Assembly: GCA_036172245.1 (NCBI GenBank)
Contig: JAYWIR010000093.1
Span: forward strand, 62,001-126,000
DNA from: Raillietiella orientalis
Taxonomy: Eukaryota
Direction of reading: 5' to 3'
Length of the DNA: 64,000 bases
Below are positions 21,901 through 33,500 of the stretch, piece by piece; the first letter of the stretch is position 1; each line of letters starts with the position of its first letter. The notes under the pieces are model-generated. The model saw nothing but the letters and a program-made list of their open reading frames with translations. It searched no databases and was not told where the DNA came from. A program made the position numbers and the translations under genes.

Positions 21901-22975
21901 CTCCGCTCGCGCTAATTGGTCGCCGCAGCTCCCACGCGCGCGATGCCGAGCGTCGTTTTCTCCTGGTGGGCCGAGGGGTCGCTAGCTGGCCGGCTCCGTG
22001 CTTCTCTCTCCTCCGTGCTTCTCTCCCCCCTTCCCTCCCTGACCTGCCCGACTCTCGTCGAACCGACCATTCACTTCTTGTTGTCTACCTGACACCCATC
22101 TTGGGTCTCATCTTGAGCAATTCTTCATCACGACCTCCTCTCACCCGCTCTGGGATGCGAGCGCTCTCTGGTGGGTGACCGTGAGGAAAGGGCGTCATTC
22201 TTCGACGGATTCAGGGCTCCACGCTCATCAAAGGGTCTTACGATGAGGAAAGGGCAGGCTGGAACGAGGGAGGTGACTCCCGTTCGCTTTCTTCCATGGC
22301 GCCGCTCTTCACCCCTCCGTAGAACAAAGCCTCGAGGGCCGACCCCTTTTTCCCCGAGCACCGTCCGCGGCGGCCGTCCTGGGCGAAGATTCGGAGCAGT
22401 CGAGGGCGCTGTAGCTTGGGAAAAAAAGATCCAAAGCGCCAAGGCTGACTACGGGTACTTTACAGCAACTGCTTTCATGGGGTCGGGTCAGGCGCCGCAA
22501 GGCGTGGTCGCCGATGGCCAGCACACCGCAGTCTCGGGTCTCTCCCAGAATCTCAGGTGTCCGAAATGGAATGACCAACGGTTTCCCATGAGCACGCAAA
22601 AAAGGAGGACAAAAACGGGCCTAGAGGGATTTCTGGATGGGCGTTGCCGAGTTGGGAACAGCGAGGTACGATCTGGATTCATCGCTGCTCGTCTTCGTAT
22701 TGAGCACTTCCCAGGTCTTGGTTGGAGACCACACCTTCTCTTCCCCCTCTCCTGACACGGGTCGAGCATGAGTAGTTGAAGGTGGACCGCGCGCCACGCA
22801 CCACGGAAACGCGAAACGGGTCGCCTGAGGCTCTTTGGAACGCGTCCTGGGACGGACGCAGATCAACGGGCTCGATGTTGACATCTAACGGTTCGCAGGG
22901 AAAACACGGCTTACACGAACACATGGAAACCCGGAGAGAGGTGAGCGGTCAGAATGCAAATCCTTTGGGCTTCCG

Positions 22976-23470
22976 CTAATTTACTTCCGGCTTTCCTTTT
23001 TCTACTTCGTTTTTTCCTCGTTTCTTTTTGATTCCATGAGTGCTGAAGAACGGTTCGTCTAGAGACCCACGAAATTCTTCAACGCTGTCCACCAAAGGGT
23101 GCGTGTGTCTCTTCAAGTTCAGGGGTACCCCGGCAGGGGACCACCCTATGAGTTCAAGAAGGTCTCCAAAAAAAGGACTCCGGTCTTGCTCTTGGGAAGG
23201 AACCCCAAAGGCAACTTCCACCTTGGTTGTCTCTGTAGGGAATCCCGAAGTTGGGGTCATTCCTCATTCCTTCTTTTCTCCTGGAATTTCTTCTCTGAAG
23301 AGACGGAAACTCACAAGGGAACCGCTCTTCGTTTACGCATCCTCCGAAGAGAACCCAGAAGGGACGCTTCCCAATGTCTGTAAAAGGAACATCTGGCACT
23401 CTGGGAAGGCAACTCCTCGGGGGGGCATCATCCAGGTCCATGGTGAGAGAAGGAAGACTCCATTCTCACA
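22976..23470 (-). repeat. Decayed unknown coding repeat, copy 1
   Basis: Peptides IGKRPFWVLFGG and GFPTETTKVE match the opposite-strand copy at 27731-28096. Confidence 0.65.
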
Positions 23471-24575
23471 ACCGTAGGGAAAACCCTGGAGGGTCGACTT
23501 CCAGATCCCGGCCACTCAACGGGGGCACCCTGTTTCCGCCAGCTCCCGCCAACGCCTCCGCACTTGAACAGGATGACCAGCGTCATCTTGCGGGGACACT
23601 CGAAACCCTCAACGCACTGCAGCAGTTTCGCACTGGCGCCAGAGTTAGGACTCCACCATTCTAACGCTTGGCAGAGGATTCGAACGCGTTACATCACCCG
23701 CCGAGACCGTGGTTACGCGGGCGCCCACGCGGGCCGGTTTAATTCCTAACCTCTGCATTCGATAATTCCGGCTACTCTGGCCAAAAGCATGCATTTCGAT
23801 ACCTCTCTGCCTCACAGCACACTTATATTCTTTAAAAATCTTTGTAGAGAAACAATAGAGAAACAGCATCGCCCCTTCTACTTCGATGCATCATTTGGTA
23901 GGTGCAATTACTCTCCTGTAAGAAGAGCAGCATTGCAACTAAGGTAGTGGAGGTGGCTTGGACCCAGGTCTTCCTACCGTCCGACTTCCACCTTGGCTTC
24001 TTGGGACTATTCAGACTGTGACTATTCAGTGAGAAGTCTGTCCTTGCAAAGCGGATCCAGGCGCCTCCTCTCGTTTTCGATTGTGACAGGAATGCCGGTC
24101 CGTGCAGCTGAGAGGGAATGCTTCCTCAAGAGGGTCTATTTCACCTTCAGGTGCTCATAGGATCAAAAACACCTTCAGCGCTTTAATTATTACAATAATT
24201 GAGGGAATCTATCCCTTCCTATCTTCTTGTGGAAAGTGGTCTTCCTGGAGAATGTAATCGTGTGAATGTCCACAATGTCTTTTTACACCTATTTTGGCGT
24301 AGATTTGCTTAAAAATGTACGTAGTGTGTAGGTCGGAGAAAGAGTGGTCTAGTTGCGCTTCCTGGAAGCGCATCCGGTTATCGGTCCCCTTCCAAGAAAC
24401 GTCCAGGAAAGCAACTTTCCTTGCCAGAACGGACCGCAGTTTGGAACACTTTTCTGGATTCCACCCTCCACCCCTTTCCTACAAGTGCAGGAAGCTCGTT
24501 GTCCTTCTCGACCTTCTTGTGCGCGTCGGATTGCTGTGGTGCCGTTCCTTGCCGCAAGATTTATTCAGTCGGTTC

Positions 24576-25976
24576 GCCAGATATGTGGGCAGAGTGAAGG
24601 GAATCATCCCTGATGCCACGCAGAAGGAGATTCAGGGAGCTCCGCGTGACGCGTCATTGATCGTTTAGTTGCCAAGGAATGCATCTCGCCGTCACCACAC
24701 TTTGGTCAAACGGCTGAAGAGCACCACTGCCACCCAAGGGGGGCCGATCGGCTCATCCCCGGTGCAGCCGTGCATCTCGCGGACGGTGAGTCTCCATCCT
24801 TGCGCTGTGTCTCATCTCCGCTCAGGAGAAATAGCAGCAACTCATTCGGCGTGCACGCTCTACACAGAGGTGTGTGACATTTGTGTGCCAATACGGAGCG
24901 CGTAACGCAAGCATTACAAACCGTGGAAAGCAAGAAAGTCCCCCCTCAGGTAGTGGCTGACCTTTTCGCAGAAAGGTTGGTTCCGAAATGTCGAGAGCAT
25001 TCGACAGCCCACGATACGCTCACCGGACTCTTCATAAGGTCAATTGCCTATTCGATGTCTATTTGTACAAGACCGAAACTATGGAAAATTGTCCAGCAGC
25101 TAGAAGAAGATAAGGTAAATGCATCGTGCATGATGGTCCGCGAGAGCACACAGCACAGGGATAATAGGAAAATAGGAAACTCTACGACTACTTTTATGCT
25201 GACCAGGCCGTGACAGATGACATGACACCGAGAGATTAATACGAGAGATACTGCTACCAAGCCTTGAACATGAAAGTGAAGCAACCAATCATGCTACTGC
25301 CATTGGGAAAATGATAAGTGACGTCTTGCTGACTGACACCGAGAGGGCCGTATGGTGCGTCTCTGATGACATGACACGATGGGCACAGCGTAATCTTTCG
25401 ATGGTGACCAAGTGCCAAGTCGGAAGTTTCCACGAGTGTAATCTTACATCTGCAGAGAAGAGCGCCAGAGACTTCTTGACAACATCTATGGCTGTATACA
25501 AAGCATGCAGAAAATCGGCGGATAACATCTGGGGAGGTGTTAATGGGCCTCTTGAATCTGGATCAACGTGGAAAGTGTACGAAGATTGGAGTCTCAGCGT
25601 CGAAGGCCTTCGTATGTTAGCTGAAAGTGAAAGTAATCGCAAAGGTCATCATGCATGCAGACTGAATGACTTTGAAGTCTGCGAGCAGGAGATTAGCATG
25701 AAGCACTCAAGATCTGGGTCCATAGTGCATGCAAAGATATATAAGACAGCATGCATGATGATGATGCTATATGACGACGAAGAGATGCATATTTTTGGTT
25801 ACGCAGCCATGGAACAACTGCAAGCTGTCTCGAAATTTGGGGTAGGCGCATGGGGCATATTCCATGAATTGCAGACTCAGAGGTGTATCCAATCGGGATG
25901 GAACCTAGAAAGGACCCACCCAATTCGTGTTAAGAACCTAACTAGAAGAGTCAGTCTAGGGAAATCAAAATCCTAA
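24576..25976 (+). pseudogene. Probable endogenous viral element: RdRp core fragment of a bunyavirus-like (segmented negative-strand RNA virus) L protein
   Basis: After removing an 8-bp and a 5-bp tandem duplication one frame reads QHRDNRKLY-x13-E..IR (premotif A/F), VWCVSDDMTRWAQ (motif A, 25362-25388), degenerate QEI..H..GSIVH (B-like) and MMLYDD (C-like, 25770). Motif comparison from memory. Confidence 0.7.
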
Positions 25977-27730
25977 GCGATACCTCGAAAGCCAAAATAG
26001 AGCCAAAGCCACAGACTTACACTCCTCAGGAGTGGCAACGATTTCCGCAAAAGGGGAAACCGGAAATTTTTAATGCCCAGAAAGACAGAAGACCCTGAAT
26101 CGGCATCGAGCATCATCACCCGAAGCTGCACCCTCAGCAAATGTGCATCGAAACATACATGCAAACTCCGCGAAGGAATGGCTCCATTCTGGAAGACGCC
26201 ATTTTCCACCCAGGTGTTCAGGTGACCGAGATGGATGCACTGGAAACTTTTGGAAACTTTTGGAAACTAGAAACTTTCAATCTTTAGGGACGAGGTGCGC
26301 AAAGAGTAGCCCCGGATTGTGTAAAGCTCGAGGGAAAGCATGAAAACGCAGAACTCGGATTCCACCCAACGGCCGTGTTATTAGAGATCATCTCGGAACG
26401 CGATTCTCCCCTTTGCAAGCTTATGTTCCCAAGGCGAGACGCAACCGGAAGAATTTTGTATTCCAAAGCCAAAACTAAGCTAGACCGGAAACTCAAATGA
26501 TTGTGTGGGAGAAACCACCGAGCTGCAAATTCCAAATCTCCAGGCAAGAGTACTGAGGAATAAAGGAGGACGCAAACGCCGAACGCAATCTCTCAAGGGA
26601 ATCACAGAATCTCTCCGCAGAGGTCCTCGGGATAGCAGCAGTGCTGTCTCTGCTCTCACGCCCCATCTCGTGAGCACGAGTCGAACAACGTGGTCCAGAC
26701 GCCCCGAGAAACGGCCTCCACTGGGTCCGAAGAGAATTGCCCTGAAGCATGAAGCAGCCGCTCGCCCCGGATGTGCTGGTTGATCGTACTGCATTCCTCG
26801 CAGGGTGAGGTGGGTGGGGTGGGGGACAATGGGAGCTCCGGTTGCATCGGGAATTGCTCAAGGGAACGAACCTCACGGGCGCGTTCGAACTCGAAGCGTG
26901 CAATGCATGCATGCAGGGAACGTAATTGCCGTCGACCCCAGAACGTGCACGAAATCATGTTCCAGGTGTTGTTGCGTCCAGCAAAAGCGTCTTCCCGTCT
27001 TCTTCCTTGTTCTTGCTTCTCCGAATAACTGCTGATGAATACGATCCATGCCAGGAGCTCGCGAGTCCATCTTAGGCGGATGGAGAACGTTTGCACGTCC
27101 AGATGTGAGCAGCCAAGTCCGTCAAGAGACAGTCACAAGGTTTCCCTCATTCCGAGCGGTCCAGAAATGTCGGCACACGCAAGGGGTGAAAACCCTGATC
27201 CTTAGCCCTTGGCTCTGTCTCCAGTTGTCCCTGCTGAAGTGCCTTCGGTCTCCTGGGTCCGATTTCCCGTTTCTTCGTGTGTGGAATGCGTGACTCGCGC
27301 ATGTGACCCGCGCAGGTCTGGAGTCTCCAGACCTGCTTCGAACTCTTCCTCTTGCAGCCGAGAGACGTCGCGCTGCTCTTTTCGTGAGATTTTCATAAAC
27401 TTTCGTTTCAAAGAGAAGGCTGCAGGCACGTGCTCTACTTGTGGACCTTGCCGATCCGCAGGCCACGTAGGAGACCACGTGGTCACGGTCTCCTCGCGTG
27501 GCGCACGGCCAAAATTCCCGGGTTCGAATTCCACGCGGGGAAAAGCTGATGCCGAGAGATGGAGGGGGAGTCGCGGGTTCGGGTTCATCCCGCGAGATGA
27601 CGCTGGGCGGCTTCCATTCATTCGGGTGCGACACAGGTGGTGGTTCGAACCCTGACGAGTGGCCGCGATTGGGAGTCCAACCTCCGGGGCTCATCTATAA
27701 ATCAAAGAGTGAATGCTCCTTTCCCACTGA

Positions 27731-28096
27731 TTGTACAAAGGAGCAAGCCTACTCTCCGTGGGGGAACCTCCTTCTCGCACTATGGATTCGGTGTGTCGCC
27801 ACCTCTACGGAGTGCAAGGAAGAGAGCGGATCCCTTCGGGCTCTTCAGAGAAAATTGGGAAGCGTCCCTTCGGGGTTCTCTTTGGAGGGGGGAAGAGGGA
27901 GAAGGTCCTTTTTTCCCGAGGAGAGATTCCTACTAGCAGTTCGTTTCCCGGGTTCCCTTCGGAGACAACCAGGGTGGAGAGGTTCCCTTCTCTGATCCCT
28001 GCCCTCCAGGAGCGAGAGGAACGGACTCCAAGCTTTCTCTGGATTCGAATGGCGCTCCCCTTCCGGGCACTCCCTATCCAGAAGTTCTGTCAGTGA
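27731..28096 (+). repeat. Decayed unknown coding repeat, copy 2 (inverted relative to copy 1)
   Basis: IGKRPFGVLFGG, GFPSETTRVE; DNA match 27853-27888 to reverse complement of 23341-23376. Confidence 0.65.
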
Positions 28097-28649
28097 AAAA
28101 ATACGTAGCGGCAAGGATCGGAGGTGTTTATCATTTGGGGACTCTCGTGGTCGGCCCTAGCTCAAGGGACGCCCATGCGATCACGGCTCCGATGTCACAG
28201 CAGCACACATCACCAGGAAAGTGCATGGTGTGTACGCAACGAGCTTGGTGAGATCAAAATTTTCTCTTCCGTGGGAGGGCGCAGGTGGTCTTCGACTTGC
28301 GGCGGGGTCACGTTCCATGGTGGCCGTCGCCTCTGACGTCAGCCAGAGACTTCTTTACATTCTTGGTTTGTTGGATTGCTGTTTTGCATGTCTTGCATAT
28401 CCCAGGCGGGTTCCCAACTATCTTCAAATGCCTTGAAAAACGTATGAACTTACATGAACATCCACAAATTGCTCATTCGTGTATGTGTGAATACATAAAC
28501 ATGTATAAAATTAAGGAAGAAAAATTCACGAAAAGAAAAAACCACGCGCACATATCAAAACTGGTGCAAAGATAAACAAAAAACTTATTAACGGCGTTTA
28601 ATTCGATGATTTTTTAATTGGAACGACATGCCTATCTTTTTTCGGGAGT

Positions 28650-29180
28650 GTTTTTTTTTAGATAAAAAAATTAGTTCGCGCTGTCTGTTTTTTTGTTTTG
28701 GTTTTTTTCATTTTTCTTCATTTCGTGGAAACATCGAATTGCTTCCCGAATTTGCTTTTCGCCTTTGGCAGAAAGGTCATCGCCCTGATCCATATTTTCG
28801 AGTAGCCGAAGTCCTCGATTCAGCCTAGAAGACACTTCGGCTAACCCTTTTACACTGATTTTTTTTTTTTTTCTCAACGATTTCCCTTTCTCATCTTCCT
28901 CATTCTTTCTTCATTCCGCTTCAACTCTTCCATTCTCGAAAGTGAGTCTTGATGAGAGGGTTCACTTTCTTCGTGTGCTACTAATTCTTCTACGTCGGTA
29001 ATATTGATTCCGAGATCCAGCTTTCTGGCAATCCTGACGACCTCCTCGTCAGCTTGTTCTAACATATTACGTTCATTCTTATGAAGCAAAGAACCCATAA
29101 CAGAATAGAAGTTGAGACAGTCCCGTACTAGCAATCACATTGAACTTTTCCTCCCAACTTGAGATCCACAATTTATTTTA
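28650..29180 (-). mobile_element. Tigger/pogo (TIGD-like) DNA transposase C-terminal remnant
   Basis: EEVVRIARKLDL.I...DVEELVAHEE and KKISVKGLAE...GLRLLENMD....AKGEKQIREAIRCFHEM resemble the Tigger transposase C-terminus; no TIR identified. Confidence 0.7.
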
Positions 29181-30431
29181 TTACCTAACCCATCTCTAGC
29201 CCGGGAACGCTCTTTGCTTTGGTCAAAGTTAGGGAATTGGCCGTCGTAAGTGCCAACCGTCGAGGGCAACCTGCAGCTTCATGTGGCCACTCACAGTCAA
29301 ACCGCTTATTAAGCGCTCAGTGGTAAAGGCAGAAGGAGCATTCGGTTGCGACTTGCATGGTGGACAGCCTCCACAGATCATTGCTTCAAGGAGTCAGCGA
29401 GTTCATCCTCAGAATTGAGGATGCTCGCCGACGCTTTTGGCGCTTAACATCCGAGAGCTGCAAATGCCAGAGGCAGTGTTCAGACTTTCTGGATTTGCAC
29501 GCGAGAGGAAAAGGAAGAGATGCTTCCTGCGACCTACCCGTGGGGAAGCGTTTTCGTTCTCCCCAACGCGCACTGAGGCAGCAGCAATGAAATGTGCAGT
29601 CGAAGAGATTCCCTCAAGAGAATCCCACTCTCCTGACTGCTGCTTCCACCCTCGAGTGCGAAAAGGCATCGAATCGGATTCGACAGATGTTCGATGGAGG
29701 TCTCAAACAGCAACCAGGGACTCCTAGGTGTCTCACGTGATGTTATGAAAGCATATTTTATGGAACCATTAATTACAGAGCGTGCATTCGTTCCTTTTTT
29801 TTATTCTCCCACAGCAAATCCTGCCTGATCCACGCTAGCCGGCATTCGTTGGGAAGAGCCGGAGAACTCCACCAAGCGGTCGGAAGATAAGAAAGAGCAG
29901 TCGATCGAAAAGGGCGTTTCCGCGATTCCAAGTCGTTTCGTGGTTGCATTCCTGAAATGAAGGTTCCATTAGTGGACGGAGGTCCACCACTCATGCAGCT
30001 GGCTGCTTCCTGTTTGCGTTTTTCAAGGAGGCATCGTCCTCTCAAAGCAATGTCCAGACGGACCCCGAAACAGGGACTTTTCAGCATTCGGCATCTCTCT
30101 GGGAAAAATTTCGAGCTGTCGAATTGCTGCTACATGCGTTACCACGGTGAAAGTCTTCGCAATAAATTGTGTGCTTCCGATGGGTAAAAAAAATAGGTGC
30201 GCTGATTTATAAGAAGATTCAGCGGTTTCTGGTTTCCTAAGAAGCAGCGAAGATTGCGATGGCCTTCATTTTTGAGAATCCTTTCGATAGATTTTGTGGA
30301 GAAAAGAGAATATACAGACGGCTGTGTAAGCATCAAAAAAACACACACAAATGCCGCGTGTTTTAATGACCTTAACGTCAGGGATACGCGGTATTTCATT
30401 CCCCCAGAAGCCTTCATTTCCACACCGTTCA

Positions 30432-30567
30432 GCGTAGACACTGCGTGTGGTAATGCCGTGCTAAAAGGAGACTTACCTTTTTGCTCCTCCTCTTCATTAA
30501 ACATCGCATTCGAATTCCAGAAGAGTTCCATTCACTTGGGGTGTCACGTTCCAACTTTCGCCCAAAT
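30432..30567 (-). repeat. 136-bp diverged copy of 34513-34648 (internal to element H), abutting the 3' end of H
   Basis: Same length, colinear, roughly 85% identical by eye. Confidence 0.8.
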
Positions 30568-33500
30568 AATCCTGGCACTGGTTTCCCCAAGCCCCACAAG
30601 GGGTGGGGTGAGTTTGTTTCCTTTCATCACTGACTCTAGATATTCATGCATTCGTTTTCTCCAATTAATTCACTTATGTCTCCCGGGATTATCACTGAGG
30701 TTCGCTACAGTTGGGGAACTGGGCGGTGTTTATGCCTGGACGTTGTCCTCAATCCTTCTCAGGATATGTCGGTGCTTCCAGGACTGTACTCTTTCACAGT
30801 TTCTTATGGCGATCTCCTTCTAGATAAGCCCTTTCAAGATTTCCATTGGAGATACGGCGGTGCTGGTGGTCTTCATCTTCAACCACCGCACATCGATGGC
30901 GGTGATGAAGAGGGCGATGGTCATTCTTACCATGAGATTATAACAGGGAACGTTCCCATTTCCTGGGAACATGCCTGCTAAAATTCCTATGGTCGATGTG
31001 GTGGGCAGCCCGGTCACCCTTTTGAGGGTGTGCCACTCTTGTTGCATAGTGGGACAGGTGACGACGTGGAGTCTTATATCCTTGTCTCCACATGCTTTGC
31101 AGGCCTCATCTTCTCTTCTTCCTGTGAATAGCCTAATGGTTGTCCCGCACAGCATTCCTCCATGATAAAACATCAGGAGGTTATCCTGTGTGTCCTGTGG
31201 CAAGTCGCTCCCCCAGAGCGTCGTTTTGGTCGCCAACAGGTTTACCCCTGCACTCCCGTGGCGATCGACGGCTTCTTGAAGGGCATGGTGTCTTTTTCCT
31301 CTTCGACTATTATGCGGCATAGGTTTCTCTTTGTTACCCTCGACCACACGAAGTTGTTGTGGTTTTTCCACACTTCGCGTGTCCTGTGGGTGAATCTTCC
31401 AGCTATCCTGTCCATGTATCGGAGTACTTCGGAGTGGTGAAGGTACTCTCCTCGTCTCTATGCTTGAGCTGCTTGCAAGGTAATCCTAGACCGCTGGTGG
31501 GTCCAGTATTCTCCGTATCCGGAGGTACCGAAAGCATGCACTGGATCACAAGGATGGATTCCTCCTGCCAGAGTTCCTTGTTCCTTGTTATGATCTTCAG
31601 CTGGTGCTTGTGTACCAACTGTTGCTTTCGTCTTCAGGTTGGGTCGATGGTCCCCCATTTTCCCACTCCGCCGAGCAGCTCAGTCATCAGTCCTCTCGAG
31701 TTATTTATCAACAACGAGTAAGTCCTGTACGCCGCATACGGCCAGCCTTCCCGGATTTTTCGACATGTCCAGGAGTTGTCGCACGTCTATGGTGTCCACG
31801 GCGTGTGCAAGCGACTTCATCCTGGTACCGCCTTCCTCCTTAGGACAACACAGTGGTTTGAGGAGGACTCTAGGTCGGTAACCTCCCCAGAGGGTTTTCC
31901 TTCGTAGCTTTTCTACCTGTATTTTGGTGTATTGATGCATTCTGCAGAAAGCCGCTACGGAGAGTATCTTTGGAAGGAGTATTTCGTTCAAAAGGTTGGC
32001 CTTCCGCTTCATGCTAAAGTCCAAATGGGTATACTTCGCTCCTTCTTGCTCTGTTTTCTCCAGGATTTCCTTCCACAATAGTTGAGACGATGAATTGTCG
32101 TCAATGTGGACACCCATGTTCTTGGCATTGTCCACCGTTCCGAATTCTTTTTTCATGAGTATGGGGAGATTCAGGATCCCCACGGGCAAAAGTTAGCTTT
32201 TCTGGGAGTGGATTTTTAAACTCAGTCCTTCTTCCATGAGCTCCGCCACATCCAGAAACACACTGATTTCTCTGCCCATTGAGGGAGAAGATCATCCGCG
32301 TAAGCCAGATGGGTGAGCCGTTGATTGTGGACATTGATTTCGCGGAGGTGCCCACTTCTCTCCATGAATGAAGAGAAAGCCTCCATGTATATGACAAACA
32401 GCTCTCATCGGACTGACTGCGTTGTCTTGGCGGACTCATGGTTCCATTTGGATGGCTGTCTCTTCCCCGTTTATCTTGATCTGAAAGTGCTGCTCTTCAA
32501 GTATCATCTTCACAAAGCTGCTAAATTGTTCCGAGAGGTCCAGTCTTCCTAGAATCTTCAGCAGCATCTCATGGTCCACCGTATCGAAAGCTTTCTCCAT
32601 GTCAGTGAAACCCAGTACCAAGTTCTCGCCGATATATCAGCTGAGACCAATGGTAGCCTGGGCACACTTGACATTGTCCGACATGTGGCGTCCGGGCACG
32701 GCGCATGTCTGAACGGGAGAGATGAGCTGTGGCATGACCTCGCCTAAGCGGTTAGCCCAGATCTTTGCTAACCACTTGGCATCGCTGTTCAGGATTGAGA
32801 TTGGTCTCCATTGGGTAACCATAGTCAGATCACCTCCTTTCGGCAACAATCTCATTCTGCTCTCGTAGAAGGATGCAAGTAGTCGTCCTTCTGGTCGGAT
32901 GCAGAGCGTGAGCTGGTGGAACAGACGTCGGTAGGCATGCGAGTACCGCTTATAGTGAGAGATGGGGACACTATCAGGGACCGCCGCCACATTACTGCGA
33001 AGTTCCACAAACGCAGCTTTCACTTCTTCTTCCGAGATTTACTTTCCAAGCATCTTCCGATGGTTTTCACTCGTTCGTTTTTCCAGGTGTCGCAGAAAAT
33101 TCCTTGATTAGTAAAGCACAGATGTCTTCGTCGGAAGTGCTCCACGTAACGCCACTGGAAGGCGTGAGAGATGTTTTCCAACGTGTACCGACTGTGGCCA
33201 TCATACTGAATGCAGAAGATGTCTGTTGACAGATTCTTCTTCTCCAGTACGCCGACTTTTTCTTTCACATTTTAGAAGACGTACTGACTCTCGTATTGTT
33301 CCCAATACTTCGAGAGGGAAAGATCTGGATGTGAAGCTCCCGGTACGCTCCCTGACTCAGTCTCATGTCCCCAAACTGTATGTTGCAGAACAGGTGGACT
33401 CGGTGTTTCAGACTATGCCAGTCGGCAACTCCGCGGATGCTGGTCGTCCGCAGAATCGTCTCTATAACTTCTTGATGGCACGGAAAAGTTTCGAACCAGG

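Noticed and set aside
30432..30567. snRNA/tRNA gene as a Tx1 target
   Set aside because: No tRNA boxes or U-snRNA/5S signature recognised; sequence is in frame with H ORF1.
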